Made by a program: the position numbers and the translations under genes. DNA of 64,000 nt, taken from NCBI RefSeq assembly GCF_018977255.1, contig NW_024704743.1, positions 113,090,001 through 113,154,000 on the forward strand, given 5' to 3'. Positions 61,671 through 64,000 of the stretch are shown here, piece after piece. Source of the stretch: Callorhinchus milii (Eukaryota). Every line of letters starts with the position of its first letter. Within the stretch, counting starts at the first letter, position 1. Below the pieces are notes generated by a model. That model ran no database searches. It saw only the letters and a program-made list of their open reading frames with translations, and had not been told where the DNA came from.

Positions 61671-63320
61671 AGAGTGTTTGCAGAAACGCTAGCCGCTGTA
61701 TAGTACAAGTGACAGCAGGTCTGGGGTGGAGCAAGCCATTCTGAATCATTGCTCAGTGCTCTCTGAATTCGGGAAAGTTATTCCAAGAAATGTTTCACTT
61801 ATTAATACGTGATAATATTTTAATCCTCGCAACTGATAAGAGTGGCTGTAATAGTAATAATAATAATCATTGTGATTGATAAAGCGCCTTATCATGTCTT
61901 TGAGACGTATCAAGGGGCAGTGGATTGACTGTAAATTTTGTAACAAGCACTTGGTAGGGAAGAACTATCAAGTGAAATAAGTGTATGCAGTAAATGTGGG
62001 CATTCCGCACACACCAACGTACCACAAACAGCCATGATGTAAGGACCCATTTATTTATGAGCTCAAGTGCTCACTTGAATCTTGAATTCATTTTTGTGCT
62101 CTGCCCCACAGACAGAATACAGTACTAACAACCAAACCAAGTTGATACCTGAAAGCTATAATTGGAGGAGCCACAAGAAAAAGCAACTCCAAACGAGGTG
62201 ACCTAGTTGATCATCCAAGATTCTGGATAGTTTTCCTTTGAAAAAAAATAAAATTCAGGACTGATTTTACATCATTGTGAAAAAATCCTGCTTTAAGAAA
62301 AATGCCTCGCCATCCCCCCTCCGCCCATTTAGTAAGATTAAATAGTATGCAGTTAAACTATTTCTGGAATCAGAGTTTCTGGATTCTGTTCAGTAGGTTC
62401 TTCGGGTCAATATTTCAGGGAGGGTAACACTGTTCAAAAAAAATCAAGTTGCATTTTTTCAACTCAATAGCTATCTCTGGGAAGGATGTTTGAGAAGAGG
62501 GGAGGGCTGACCATTGCCCTCTGGCTCTTTTCTTTGTTGATGTAAAGTCAAAATATTTGGCAGAAAGATCCCTTTACTTGTAGTTCTTCTACCTCTACTC
62601 TCAACCCCTCTACTCTCCACCTTATTCCCACTTTCACTCTTTACTTCCATTCTCTGGAGCTCAGTGTTTAGAGCACTAGCCTCATAAGCCCTGAGACCTG
62701 GTTCCTTCCCGGCAGGGCGAAATGTTGGCTAAGCTTCTTTACTCCACACACCTCTGTATACCTAGCAGTAAGTAGGAGCGCAGTTGTTAGTCGATTGGCA
62801 GATCACTTTTCCGGGGATAATAATTCCTTCCAAAAAAATAAAATAAATAAATAATAAATTGGCCACTTCAATCCACGATTGTTTGTGGGACACTGCTGTG
62901 CGCAATTGGCAAAATACGCAGTCAAATCACTTTACAGTATATTCTGTGAGGAGCTTTGAGACGTCTCGAAGACATGATAAGGCGCTATATCAAATGCAGG
63001 GATTATTATTATTATTATTATTCCCCAGTGTCTTTGGCTGTGCTTTTGCTCAACCTGCTTAAATTCTCCCTTGCTCTATGATCTTCATTGTCTTTGTGAA
63101 ACCCCATTGTCAAAGGCATGATGCAAGTTAAATTGCTATAGAGAAACTGCCGTGAGCCTAAAAGGGCAAACCTAGGATACAACGCAATGCACAACATCCA
63201 AATTCATGGTGAGATAAAACCTCTGTCACTTTGCCGAAGCTCGAAGCTCGACAACACTTGATATTGGAGAATGAAAAAAAGGGCATTTTTTAAAACAGTT
63301 TAAAAACTTTTGATGATATA

Positions 63321-63497
63321 CAGTAAACTTTTGATAACTCGACCCTGACTTAACTTGTAACTGCCATTTAAGTCATCATGCTGTCAATATCCCGGCCACA
63401 TTTATTTATGTATTTATACATATGCCTAACTCGCCACTCCAGATAACTCACCACTGAGCCTTTTTCCCTTGAGTGACAAGTTATCAGAAGTTTACTG
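63321..63497. mobile_element. 177-bp MITE, Tc1/mariner (pogo/Tigger-like)
   Basis: TIRs CAGTAAACTTTTGATAACTCG / CAGTAAACTTCTGATAACTTG (19/21), flanked by TA on both sides. Confidence 0.85.
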
Positions 63498-64000
63498 TAA
63501 CTTGGAGTCCAAGATCTTCAACCAACAACAACAATTTGGATTTATGTAGCACTACTGACAGGAATGTCTGAGTGATCATCAATGCAAGAATTGGACACTG
63601 AGAAAAAGTTCACTACTTTAGTAAATCAAAAGCAACGTCATTGCTTTATAATCGCAACAAAGTAGAGAAGTTAAAGAGAAGGTGCTGCAAGAATACATGG
63701 AACTGTGCAAACATTGGCCACCACATCAAAGTGCTCTGTTTCAGTGTTAATTTGGGTTTTTTCCTCTCACTGTGGAATGCTATCCATTGCCAGGCAGCCC
63801 TGCCTCCGGGTTATACAGGATTAAATTTTTCCACGTGGCAAAGATTTTTAAAAAATTGTTTTCTAGGGATGAGATACTTTTCGTCCTTACCCGCCTGCCT
63901 GTTAAAGTGGACATTAAAGATCCCATGGCACTATTCAAAATGAGAAAGGCGTTTCCTTGCCAACAATCCCCCAAATAAAATTGACTAATCACTTCATGAC

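Overview
Eukaryotic, repeat-rich vertebrate DNA; the CR1, L2, Deu-SINE and Penelope repertoire suggests a cartilaginous fish (inference). The minus strand carries the 5' half of an intact, divergent sulfonylurea-receptor-type ABC gene (ABCC8/ABCC9-like). I spliced 12 GT-AG coding exons by hand between 31926 and 657. They give one open frame of about 658 aa covering TMD0, the L0/lasso and TMD1, and the gene continues off the left edge. A probable non-coding first exon lies in a CpG island at about 46724-46850. Its intron pattern and neighbour differ from ABCC8 and ABCC9, so it may be a third SUR lineage. Head-to-head with it, the first coding exon of an SBSPON-like gene is at 60108-60327 (+). 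Both promoter regions are flanked by large tandem arrays: a 28/30-bp minisatellite, a 24-bp minisatellite whose single-copy progenitor is visible nearby, a 27-bp C-rich array and a perfect (GACA)93. The rest is retroelement debris: a near-full-length CR1, CR1 and L2 fragments, two tRNA-SINE groups, a Penelope-like fragment with a decayed hammerhead core, a TA-flanked MITE and an unclassified hairpin-bearing repeat. Most ORF-track ORFs are TE remnants or repeat artefacts. Comparisons to human proteins and exon boundaries are from memory and need confirming by alignment.
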